This document shows, piece after piece, positions 9,502-18,351 of a stretch of 64,000 bases of DNA. Origin of the DNA: Candidatus Latescibacterota bacterium (GTDB taxonomy: Bacteria > Latescibacterota > UBA2968 > UBA8231). The position numbers and the translations under genes are program-made. Below the pieces are notes generated by a model. The model had not been told where the DNA came from, did not search any database, and was given only the letters and a program-made list of their open reading frames with translations. The stretch's first letter is position 1; every line of letters begins with the position of its first letter. The stretch is from contig OZ242318.1 of assembly GCA_965208105.1 (NCBI GenBank), positions 2,048,001-2,112,000 on the forward strand. Direction: 5' to 3'.

Positions 9502-9591
9502 GCATAACGTTCTGCCGGTTTGCGAACCCGCGCAGCGGGTTGCCGAAGGCCAAGGCGCGTCTGCGCCGCAGCGAAAACCGATGTGTTATCT
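9502..9591 (-). repeat. attC-like site 11 (family B)
   Basis: gcataac...gttatct. Confidence 0.9.
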
Positions 9592-9634
9592 GACATGCAA
9601 TTCGGTGAGCTCCAAGTCGAATAGATGCATTCCT

Positions 9635-10084
9635 CTATACGAACTCCTGAGCACGTACAGTGAATGGTGAAGTTGTATATGACTGAAACAAAACCCGCCC
9701 ATCAAATGACAGAAGCTGCCGAAGCCTTCGGCTGTAGCCAGGGTGATCTATCATCTTATCGGCATCTGTCTTCTGAACCCACGAAACATCAAGAGTCTCC
9801 TCTCCAATCCGGGCGTCGCCAGACAACCAAGATCCAAGGAAATCGAAAATAACTCGACGCTCACTAAGGTTGGTATACACCCCAACAAGTCGATTAGCCG
9901 AGGCCAGGATGTTGGCCTCTTCTCTGACTTCACGGATGACCCCATCGAGGATGGACTCACCTTCCTCTATTTGGCCACCTGGAAACTCCCACCCCCTTCG
10001 TGGGGTTTTAACCAGAAGGACATCGTCTCCTCGTTCCACGAGAATTCCAGCAGCGACGATATGTTTCGGTGGGTTCGGATGCAT
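9635..10084 (-). CDS. Cassette gene: NUDIX hydrolase
   Basis: Nudix box PGGQIEEGESILDGVIREVREEAN. Confidence 0.92.
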   Translation of the reverse strand: MHPNPPKHIVAAGILVERGDDVLLVKTPRRGWEFPGGQIEEGESILDGVIREVREEANILASANRLVGVYTNLSERRVIFDFLGSWLSGDARIGEETLDVSWVQKTDADKMIDHPGYSRRLRQLLSFDGRVLFQSYTTSPFTVRAQEFV

Positions 10085-10175
10085 TTGTTGCCTTCAGGAT
10101 GACCTTAAATTCCGGTCGATTCGGAATATCCAACCGGACGGGGATGGTAAGATAGTAGCCAAAAAAATGCATGTC

Positions 10176-10258
10176 AGATAACGTTCTCGCCGTGCCCGAA
10201 CCGCGAATGCGGTTGCGCGAAGGGCGAATGCCCGAAGCCGGGCACGGACGTGTTATAG
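10176..10258 (-). repeat. attC-like site 12 (family A)
   Basis: agataac...gttatag. Confidence 0.92.
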
Positions 10259-10302
10259 GATGTGCCAGATTGGGTGGAGGGGAAAGACATTCCACCAGCA
10301 CA

Positions 10303-10799
10303 TTATGTCCAATATTTTCGGCAGATAAAGGCCAATTCATAGAGAGCCGCGAAATCCTGGTCGTCAGCGGAAAACAGATCTGTTGCCTTATCGTACTCGA
10401 TAGTCCGCACTTCAGTGATCGAACCTCCCGCACATGAATGGGGTGGGGGAAATGAGGTAGCCTGGGCTGGGCCTCTTGTGAAACGCAATGGTACATCCCG
10501 ATCGGTTTGACGTGGCTCAAAGCTGCGCCCGTTTCCTCCATCATTTCCCGATGTGCAGCCTGCAACTAGCTCTCCCCAGGTTCCAGCGTCCCGCCAGGCA
10601 ACACCCACCTGCCATTCTCGCGACGGGTCACGAGGCACTCAGTCGCCGAGACAAATGGAATTACATAGGACGAGCCGCAACACGAATCTACGACTTCGCG
10701 ATCGAAATTGACGAAATCAATGCCCTGCCTCCCGCGATCCCGCAATGCTGGAAGATCTCGGACAAATCTGTCGAAATCTGAGTCATCCAGAGATTTCAC
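10303..10799 (-). pseudogene. Cassette gene: NUDIX hydrolase, disrupted
   Basis: LPGGTLEPGES*LQAAHREMMEETG: in-frame TAG at 10566-10568 inside the Nudix box, plus a frameshift/deletion near 10437. Confidence 0.8.
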
Positions 10800-10822
10800 A
10801 GCACTTCCCTATCTGGCATTTC

Positions 10823-10910
10823 CTATAACGTTCCCGCGGGCTGCGAACCCGTGCAGCGGGTTTTCTGCGAAGGCGCGAATGCGCCGAAGCCGTAGCCCGT
10901 CGTGTTAGCC
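10823..10910 (-). repeat. attC-like site 13 (family C, CGGGCTGCG stem)
   Basis: ctataac...gttagcc. Confidence 0.88.
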
Positions 10911-10962
10911 GTGTGTGCAGCCCGCACTGGCCTTGCCAGGACGGCAAGGCCTCTTGATTTGC

Positions 10963-11514
10963 TTAGGCATCCGTGGGACCAGGCGACCAGCCGATCGATT
11001 GGGCCCAACCGTCCGCACGGGACATGATTTCCCAGATTATTGGATTTTTTGAATCGGTGTACCTCTTCCTGTCCTCTCGGTACTTCATAGCCAACTCCCG
11101 TTTAACCTTCTCGTAACGTTTCTGCTCTTCCAAGTGTTCTCGGAGATAGTCACGAAACAACAAGGCGAACTGCTCAGACCAGCTGCCAGCCTTGCGGACG
11201 TGGATATGTGTTCGTCTCTTCCCTGGCAGTTCTCGAAAATACCGCTTTGTCCTTTCAGGGTTGTCCTTCCGCCAGATGTAGCCAATTTGCTCCAGCGGAA
11301 CTCGAAACGGATCAACGGGGTCGAGTTCCTTCACTGAAATCTGCACATCAATGATGGGCTTGGCTGCCAGACCTGCGATTGAGGTAGATCCAATATGGTC
11401 AATCCGGATCGCCACGTTCCCAAGAGCTTCCTTCATCCTGATCCCGAGCTCGCGGAAGAGCATTGGCCACTCATCCGAGTAGTCCTTGATCTCAATCACG
11501 TAAGGTGTCGTCAT
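10963..11514 (-). CDS. Cassette gene: GrpB/UPF0157 family protein
   Basis: IDHIGSTSIAGLAAKPIIDVQ, HIHV and LLFRDYLR motifs; start MTTPY. Confidence 0.92.
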   Translation of the reverse strand: MTTPYVIEIKDYSDEWPMLFRELGIRMKEALGNVAIRIDHIGSTSIAGLAAKPIIDVQISVKELDPVDPFRVPLEQIGYIWRKDNPERTKRYFRELPGKRRTHIHVRKAGSWSEQFALLFRDYLREHLEEQKRYEKVKRELAMKYREDRKRYTDSKNPIIWEIMSRADGWAQSIGWSPGPTDA

Positions 11515-11584
11515 TGATCGACTGCTCAGTTCATGGATTTGGCGGCGCAGGAGGCGCCGCCGCATTCTTTGCGGGCTGCATTAC

Positions 11585-11687
11585 GGCTAACGTTCTCGCG
11601 GGCTGCGAACCTGCCGCAGGCAGGTTTCCTGCGAAGGCCGAATGGCCGGAGCCGCAGCCCGCCGCAGCGTAAACCGCTGTGTTATCG
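11585..11687 (-). repeat. attC-like site 14 (hybrid family B/C)
   Basis: ggctaac...gttatcg; family C body with an extra family B arm. Confidence 0.85.
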
Positions 11688-11712
11688 GAAGGTCAATACA
11701 TCCCTCGCGTGC

Positions 11713-12489
11713 CTACTTGACCGCCAAAAGGTTGATCCTGCGGAAGGTTTCGAAACACGTGCCATCCGTTTGACGCGTCTCCTCAACCATTCGTTTTGTT
11801 ACAACCTCGTGAAATCGACTCCCTGTTTCAGAATCGAGGTACTGCTTGAATGGTATCACTGCCGGATGGTCAACCCAACCTAACATTGTCTGCGTATCGG
11901 GGAAGAATCGATCAGCGTTCTCTCCCCATACCCGCAGACTCGAAAAGGATGAGTTTCCTACGAGCTTCTCGTATGCTTCCACTGAAGGCATGTACCAAGG
12001 CCATTCGAAATCTGAAAAAGCTCCGGAAAATTCCTCGCTGGCCATTACCTCCAAGGCTACACGATTGAACGTGCCGCAGTTCCCCTCACCTGCAAAATTA
12101 ACCCTAACTACGCCAGAGCGTTTGAGAGCACGACAAAAGATCTCGAGGAGCATCTGGTGGTCCTTGATCCAGTGCAAAGTGGCATTGGAGAATATCACAT
12201 CGAACTCGTCCTGAAATTCTGCGTCGAGAATATCGATCAGTCGGAACGAAAGATTGGCTCGGTGGATATTCTGTGCCGCCTCGATCATTCCTTCAGAGGT
12301 GTCGATTCCAACAACTGAACCGGCGGAAACTGCGTCAGCGAGATTCGCGGTGAGGGTGCCGTCGCCGCAACCTACATCCAGAATGCACTCGTTGCCGGCG
12401 AGATCAAGTTCGTCGATCAATCGCGCTCCCCATTCTTTCTGGTGAGCGGACGTCTCCTGGTAGCGCTTTCCGTCGAAATCTACTCTCAA
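11713..12489 (-). CDS. Cassette gene: trans-aconitate methyltransferase-like SAM methyltransferase
   Basis: ILDVGCGDG and FDVIFSNATLHWIKD. Probable TTG start at 12489; the ORF-track extension reads through the attC. Confidence 0.85.
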   Translation of the reverse strand: MRVDFDGKRYQETSAHQKEWGARLIDELDLAGNECILDVGCGDGTLTANLADAVSAGSVVGIDTSEGMIEAAQNIHRANLSFRLIDILDAEFQDEFDVIFSNATLHWIKDHQMLLEIFCRALKRSGVVRVNFAGEGNCGTFNRVALEVMASEEFSGAFSDFEWPWYMPSVEAYEKLVGNSSFSSLRVWGENADRFFPDTQTMLGWVDHPAVIPFKQYLDSETGSRFHEVVTKRMVEETRQTDGTCFETFRRINLLAVK

Positions 12490-12504
12490 CTCACTTTGAC
12501 TTTC

Positions 12505-12600
12505 CGATAACGTTCCGCCGGTTTGCGAACGCCGAGCTTGACGAAGGGTTGCCGAAGGCCAAGGCGCGACAGCGCCGCAGCGCAAACCGTGCTGTTAGAT
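12505..12600 (-). repeat. attC-like site 15 (family B)
   Basis: cgataac...gttagat. Confidence 0.92.
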
Positions 12601-12624
12601 GAAGCTCTCTCAGAAGTCAGATCT

Positions 12625-12990
12625 TTACGCGTCAATGGCTTCACGTGTAACGGATGGTTCGAAAAAACGCTCCTGGAACTCCGTCAAAGCCAGGATCTGC
12701 TCGTCTGAGTAGTCTCTACCGGCAGGTACGACAATGAGCTTATCATCATCGTCGTCCGATCGTTGAATGACGGCGATACATCTGCCTGTAAAAGCCTCTA
12801 TCGGTTTGAAGACACCCAGGATATAGGCGTCCATATTTTCTCCGTCAGGCGCCGGAACGTCCGGAAGAAATCCGTAGTTGACAGGATAGATGAAGCCCGC
12901 TTCAGGATGCCTGGAGCCAAGGGGTCGATCAATCGTAAGATCGACCATTTCTCCGATGAACTTCCTCGCATCCACGAAATTCCCCGCCAT
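12625..12990 (-). CDS. First cassette gene: short inorganic pyrophosphatase family protein
   Basis: YPVNYGFLP, DGENMDAY and DDDDDKLI motifs. Confidence 0.88.
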   Translation of the reverse strand: MAGNFVDARKFIGEMVDLTIDRPLGSRHPEAGFIYPVNYGFLPDVPAPDGENMDAYILGVFKPIEAFTGRCIAVIQRSDDDDDKLIVVPAGRDYSDEQILALTEFQERFFEPSVTREAIDA

Positions 12991-13043
12991 GGTCGTTTAA
13001 TCTCCCAGCCATGTTGAAGTGAGGCAACGCTGCTCCGAGTTTC

Positions 13044-13080
13044 ATCTAACTGCCTGTATGCGAACCATTGGTTCGTATAA
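13044..13080 (-). other. attI-like primary recombination site (crossover G/TT at 13050/13049)
   Basis: The last GTTAGAT is not preceded by an attC stem; it lies between the first cassette and the integrase. Confidence 0.75.
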
Positions 13081-13260
13081 TGGCCGCCAAGTGCTACCTA
13101 TCTGAAACGAAGGTACCTATTGTTGTGAACAGTCGCAACCAGTATCCTCGAGGTCGTATATTCTCGTAACTCTTTGCGACTGTTCGAGATATATCGATTC
13201 TTCTGAGGTCCGGCGCATCTGGCATGCATTTCTCTGGCAAAGGTTTGGAGTATGCACGCA

Positions 13261-14190
13261 ATGCGGAAATATCGCGGACACCCGGGCCTGACCGATGAAG
13301 AGGTAGCTGTCCTCAGCCGGGTCGAGTTGGAGCTGAAGCTGAGGGGATACGCCAGGAAGACGCGGAAGTCGTACATGGGCCACTGCCGGCGATTCCTTCA
13401 ATGGAAACGGGGCTACCGCGGCTAAGGGCAGGAGGAAGTGCGGTCGCATCTGGGTTGGCTCCTCGCCCGGGGGGTGAGCCGCTCCGCCTTCAACACCACC
13501 TACAGTGCCTTGAGCTTTCTCTATAGGGAAGTTCTGATGCAGCCCGCCTCCCTGGAGAGGCTGCGAAGACCGAGGGGCGGACGGCAGCTTCCCGAAATCC
13601 TCAGCCAGCGGGAAGTGCTGCGTATCCTCGATTCTCTCCGCAATCCGAAGCACCGGCTCATCCTTGCCCTGCTGTATGCCGGGGGCCTGCGTGTGGGAGA
13701 GGTCGTGCGTCTCAAGGTGAGCGATATCGACAGCGATCGCATGCTGATCCGCGTTCGCCAAGGCAAGGGACGAAAAGACCGATATACCTTGCTGCCCCGG
13801 TCGATTCTCGAGGATCTCCGGTCTTACTGGAAGGCGTACCGGCCGTCGACATGGCTGTACCCCGGAGCCCGGGAAGGACGGCATCTCACCGAACGGTCGG
13901 TGCAGAAGATGTTCTCCCGTGCGGTCGTCGCCGCGGGAATCCGCAAACGGGTGACCGTGCACACCCTGAGACACAGCTTTGCGACGCACCTGCTCGAAGG
14001 GGGAACCGATCTGCGCTACATCCAGGAGCTCCTCGGGCACAGAAACTCGAAAACGACGGAAATCTACACCCACGTGCAGCGCAAGGACCTGGTGCGCATC
14101 GAGAGTCCGCTCGACGCGCTGTTGGGTCACGGCGGTAGCCCTGAGCAGGTTAGAGGACGCACCTTTCCGCGCCACGGCGATGAGAGGTGA
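13261..14190 (+). pseudogene. Integron-associated tyrosine recombinase (N-terminal SAM-like + catalytic domain) with in-frame TAA at codon 55
   Basis: MRKYRGHPG...ELKLRGYARKTRKSYMGH...YRG*GQEEVRSHL; catalytic GLRVGE, GKGRKDR, HTLRHSFATHLLE, LLGH and TTEIYTH are intact. Confidence 0.88.
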
Positions 14191-14406
14191 TGGGTTAAAC
14201 GATCGCTGGTCCTCGTTGTCCTGTAGCTGTCCATCTGGTGATAGATGATTCCGGTAGGCTAGACGACGGATATGCAGACCTCGTCGAGGTCGATAGCGGG
14301 TTCTTCAGCACCCACTGACCTGATGCCCTTGAGACCAGGAGCGAATTGGGTTTAATTTCCCATCTTCCATGCAGGTTACGATCTTCCATGTTAGGAGGAT
14401 GACGCC

Positions 14407-15267
14407 ATGTCGGTCCAATTCGATCCCGCATTCAAGGCCCGGCCGACTCAGGACGAACTGAGCCGAATGGAGCGCGACCTGCGCTTCTTCCCGAGCACCG
14501 TCGATGACCCGTCCACCCTCACAGCCGGCCAGGTCGCCGCTTTCAACCGGGACGGTTATCTCAAGGGCTTTCGCATTTTCGACGCCGCCGGGATCGCCGG
14601 GCACCGGGCATTCTTCGACGGCCAGCTGCGCAAGGTCCAGGCCGCCGGCTACGGCAGCTTCTCCATCAGCTCGGCGCACCTCAAGTTCGCCAAGGTCTAC
14701 GACCTGATGCTTCATCCCGGTATCCTCGCTCACGTCCACGATCTCCTCGGCCCCGAGCTCGTCGGCCTGGCCTCGCACTACTTCTGCAAGCTGCCCAGGG
14801 ACGGCACCACCGTCTCCTGGCACCAGGACGCCAGCTACTGGCCGCTGACCCCGTCGAAGACGGCCACCGTCTGGCTGGCCATCGACGACGCCGATACCGG
14901 CAATGGCTGCATGCGCTTCGTCGCGGGCTCGCACCTCCACGGCCAGCTCGAATTCCGCCCCAGCGACGCCGCCGAAAACAACGTCCTCGATCAGACGGTG
15001 GACGAGGTGGAGCGCTATGGCGAGATCGTCGACGTCGAGCTCGAGGCCGGCGAAATCTCAATCCACTCCGACCTGCTGTTGCACAGCTCGCACTACAACG
15101 AGTCGGACCGCCGCCGTTGCGGCCTGACCCTTCGCTACTGCACTCCCGACGTGCGCGCCATCCCCGGCTACGCCTGGGAGAAGGAGGGGGTGCTGATCAA
15201 CGCCTCCGACCCGTCCGGCCACTGGGGCAATCCGCCAAGGCCCGCGAGGGACTACGAGGCGGCCTGA
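14407..15267 (+). CDS. Phytanoyl-CoA dioxygenase (PhyH) family Fe(II)/2OG oxygenase
   Basis: WHQDASYWP, GCMRFVAGSH and LLHSS..N.SDRRR. Confidence 0.92.
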   Translation: MSVQFDPAFKARPTQDELSRMERDLRFFPSTVDDPSTLTAGQVAAFNRDGYLKGFRIFDAAGIAGHRAFFDGQLRKVQAAGYGSFSISSAHLKFAKVYDLMLHPGILAHVHDLLGPELVGLASHYFCKLPRDGTTVSWHQDASYWPLTPSKTATVWLAIDDADTGNGCMRFVAGSHLHGQLEFRPSDAAENNVLDQTVDEVERYGEIVDVELEAGEISIHSDLLLHSSHYNESDRRRCGLTLRYCTPDVRAIPGYAWEKEGVLINASDPSGHWGNPPRPARDYEAA

Positions 15268-15334
15268 GCCGCCTGGCGCAAACCGCAGGGACTTCACCTC
15301 CCCGGGTCTGCACAGACCAAGCCGTCGGAGCGCC

Positions 15335-16780
15335 GTGAAACCAGGCAATTTCCTCTTCATCCTGTCCGACCAGCACCAGCGGCTCGCCAGCGGCTGCTAC
15401 GGCCATCCGCTGGTGCAGACCCCGCACCTGGACGCCCTGGCCGCGCGCGGCACCCGCTTCGGGAACGCCTACACCAACTGCCCGATCTGCGTCCCCGCCC
15501 GCGCCTCGCTGGCCACCGGCCGCTACGTACACCGGATCGGCTACTGGGACAACGGGCATCCCTATGACGGCACCCCCGTCTCCTGGCACCGGCGCCTGCG
15601 CCAACAGGGCTTCCGCTGCGACTCGATCGGCAAGCTGCACTTCAAGGGGCAGGGCGCGGACCACGGATTCGGCGAGGAGATCGAGCCCTTGCACGTGGTG
15701 GACGGCGTCGGCGATGTCCTCGGCTGCATCCGCGATCGCCCTCCCCTCCGCGACAAGCACGGCGAGCTTGGACGGGCGGGCCCGGGCGATTCGACCTATC
15801 TGCGCTACGACGCCCGCTGCGCCGAACACGCCCTGCGCTGGCTCGCCGCGCACCGCGGCGATTCCAGACCCTGGGTGGTCTTCCTCAATTTCGTCTGCCC
15901 CCATCCACCCTACATCGCGCCGCCGGAGATCTACGCCCGATACCCGCCCGCTGACCTTCCCCTGCCGCCGCAGTGGACGCCCGACACCTGGCCCGGCCAT
16001 CTGGCGATGGACTACTTCCGCCGCTTTTTCCGCTTCGACCAGGGGCACAGCGAGGAGACGGTGCGGCGAGTTACAGCCGCCTACTATGGGACCACGACCT
16101 ATCTCGACCGTCAGATCGGCCGCGTGCTCGCCGCGCTCGACGACTATGGCCTGATGGACTCCACCCGCGTGCTCTATACTTCCGACCACGGCGAGTGCCT
16201 GGGCGCCAGGGGCATCTTCGGCAAGTTCACGCTATACGACGAAGCCGCTGCCGTTCCCATGATCATGGCGGGGCCTGAGGTTCCGGAGGGCAAGGTGGTG
16301 CAGACTCCAGTCTCTTTGGTGGATTGCTTCCCCACGGCCCTGGAGTGCGTCGGGGCTGAACTGGCCGGCGAAGACCTGCCCGGCCGCTCGCTGTGGCAGA
16401 TCGCGCTGGAGGACGATCACGAGCGCACGGTCTTCAGCGAGTATCACGCCCTGGGCACCGAGCACGGCAGCTACATGCTGCGCCGCATGCGCTACAAGTA
16501 CAACCACTACGTCGGCGCGCCGCCGCAGCTTTTCGACATGGCGGAGGATCCCGAGGAGCTCAACGACTTGTCAGGCAGGCCGGATCACCAGGACCTGCTG
16601 CGGGACTGCGAAAGGGAATTGCGCGCCATGCTCGACCCGGAAGCGGTGGACGGGCGCGCCCATGCCAGCCAGCGGGCCACCATCGAGGCGGCGGGAGGGA
16701 CTGCAGCGGTAATCCGGCGCGGCGCCTTCGACCACTCGCCGACCCCTGGGGAAAAGGCCGCGTTCAGGGCGCACGGATGA
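15335..16780 (+). CDS. Formylglycine sulfatase (choline-sulfatase-like)
   Basis: SDQH, CPICVPARASLATG (CxPxR), GKLH and SDHGE. Confidence 0.93.
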   Translation: MKPGNFLFILSDQHQRLASGCYGHPLVQTPHLDALAARGTRFGNAYTNCPICVPARASLATGRYVHRIGYWDNGHPYDGTPVSWHRRLRQQGFRCDSIGKLHFKGQGADHGFGEEIEPLHVVDGVGDVLGCIRDRPPLRDKHGELGRAGPGDSTYLRYDARCAEHALRWLAAHRGDSRPWVVFLNFVCPHPPYIAPPEIYARYPPADLPLPPQWTPDTWPGHLAMDYFRRFFRFDQGHSEETVRRVTAAYYGTTTYLDRQIGRVLAALDDYGLMDSTRVLYTSDHGECLGARGIFGKFTLYDEAAAVPMIMAGPEVPEGKVVQTPVSLVDCFPTALECVGAELAGEDLPGRSLWQIALEDDHERTVFSEYHALGTEHGSYMLRRMRYKYNHYVGAPPQLFDMAEDPEELNDLSGRPDHQDLLRDCERELRAMLDPEAVDGRAHASQRATIEAAGGTAAVIRRGAFDHSPTPGEKAAFRAHG

Positions 16781-16864
16781 CGATGGGCAGCAACCGTTGA
16801 TCGAGCTGATGCGCGAGCGTTGGGCGGAACCGCAGGCCGATTCGCCCGGACCTATTGCTCCGCC

Positions 16865-18118
16865 TTATTCCGCCGTCATCACCGGCGACTCGGCGGCGCG
16901 GGCGTGGAGGTCGGCGAATTCGGCGCTGCCGTCGTCGTCGAGCAATTCGGTGCTCGATCCCCATTCGTCGACGGGGTGGTTGCCGCCCTCGAAGAAGGTC
17001 CACTTCTGTGCGGAGTTGGCAAAGTAGAGGTTGATACCGCCGGCGCGGGTGACCTTGACCAGCCGTTTGGGCAGGCTGTGGTCGGCTTTTTCCACGCGGT
17101 ACTTCGCCAGCGCCCCTTCGTCGATCTCAACGCCCAGACCCGGCGCTTCGGGCACCCGGGCGTGGCCGCCGATGACCTCGATCCGCTTTTTGAGCAGGCT
17201 GTGCTCGTAGAGCTCGTGGCAGGTGATTGTCGGCCACTGGGCCTGGACCAGCACTGCGCTCAGGTGCAGCGAAAGTGCGGTGGTCGGCCCGGCACCGACC
17301 ATCTGCAGGAAGAAGGGCATGCGCAGCGCCTCGCAGGTGCAGCCCTGGCTGGTGATCCCGTTGACGCCGCCGACCAGGATCCAGCCGTCGCAGACGCCGC
17401 CCAGCTCCATGGCCTCGCGGGGGTGGATCACGCCGTAGTGATGGGCGATGGCGGTGCTGATCTGGGTGCGCAGGAAGCGGTTGCCGGATGCGTCGTGGCG
17501 CGGTATCGGGTCTTCGAAAATTTTTATCTTGGGGAAGGTTCCCTCCAACTCGCGCAGCAGGGGGATGGCGTTGGAGGCGTTGTTCAAAAAGGCGTTCCAG
17601 TCGGCGTCGATGCGGAAGTGGTCGGGAGTGACGGCGCTGATCTGGCGGATGGTCTCGCGTACGTCGAACCACGGCCGGGTCTTGATCTTTATGCAGGTGT
17701 AGCCGAGTTCGACGGCGGTTTGCGCCTCGATGGCGTACCGTTCCGGCGACATATCGTGGTCCCAGAACGAGATGGCGCACCAGTCGCGGCACTTGCTCCC
17801 CAACAGCCTGTAGAGCGGCACGCCGGCCAGTTTCCCCGCGGCGTCGAAGAGGGCCATCTGCAAGCCGGCGCCCAGGGAGTCGTCCCACATGACGGCAAAG
17901 GGCGACTGGCCGAGAACGCGCTCGTGGGTTTGGACGCGGCCCCAGGTGTAGTTCTGAATGGTCTCGCCCCAGCCGACGACGCCGGCGTCGGTTTCGACCC
18001 GGGTGATCTCAATCTCGGACCAGGTGTGGATGCCGGCGCGTTCCATCTCGCGCCGGACGCGCTCGACAAACGGCACCTGCAGGGTGAAGCGTTCGACGTG
18101 GGTGACAGTGGCAGTCAT
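16865..18118 (-). CDS. Mandelate racemase/muconate lactonizing enzyme (enolase superfamily)
   Basis: Start MTATVTHVERF after AAGGAAGG; GWGE, ALFDAAGKLAGVPLYRLLG, KIK, EDP and PEAPGLGVEID. Confidence 0.88.
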   Translation of the reverse strand: MTATVTHVERFTLQVPFVERVRREMERAGIHTWSEIEITRVETDAGVVGWGETIQNYTWGRVQTHERVLGQSPFAVMWDDSLGAGLQMALFDAAGKLAGVPLYRLLGSKCRDWCAISFWDHDMSPERYAIEAQTAVELGYTCIKIKTRPWFDVRETIRQISAVTPDHFRIDADWNAFLNNASNAIPLLRELEGTFPKIKIFEDPIPRHDASGNRFLRTQISTAIAHHYGVIHPREAMELGGVCDGWILVGGVNGITSQGCTCEALRMPFFLQMVGAGPTTALSLHLSAVLVQAQWPTITCHELYEHSLLKKRIEVIGGHARVPEAPGLGVEIDEGALAKYRVEKADHSLPKRLVKVTRAGGINLYFANSAQKWTFFEGGNHPVDEWGSSTELLDDDGSAEFADLHARAAESPVMTAE

Positions 18119-18351
18119 GGGCGGGCCTTCCTTGGTGTCGGGTGATATGGAGAAGGTAGTGTCGAACGGGGTAGCGGGGGTGTCAAGGCCGGAGGCCCCG
18201 GATCGGGCGCGGAATCGATCTAATGGACCTAGAGGACATGAGGTCGGCCAACCGCGAACCGCGCTGACCGGGGGAGGGGCAGGCTTTATCCGCCCGGGCC
18301 GCGGGCCATCCGCGGCCGCAAGGTTCCACAATCCCAGGAGCTGAGGCCGCC

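Larger units (their letters stand above)
1..14190. mobile_element. Integron-like element: tyrosine recombinase + attI + array of >=15 gene cassettes (continues past left edge)
   Basis: Co-oriented minus-strand single-gene units are separated by imperfect palindromes bounded by ..YAAC and GTTR... A divergent tyrosine recombinase lies at the head of the array. Cassettes look visibly less GC-rich than flanking chromosomal genes. Confidence 0.93.

Noticed and set aside
1271-12600. Recurrent 75-100 bp repeats as a CRISPR array or REP elements
   Set aside because: They are separated by whole genes, bounded by AAC/GTT cores and show cassette-specific end pairing, so they are att sites.
13117-14175. 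352-aa minus-strand ORF over the integrase
   Set aside because: Antisense shadow of the recombinase; no motifs.
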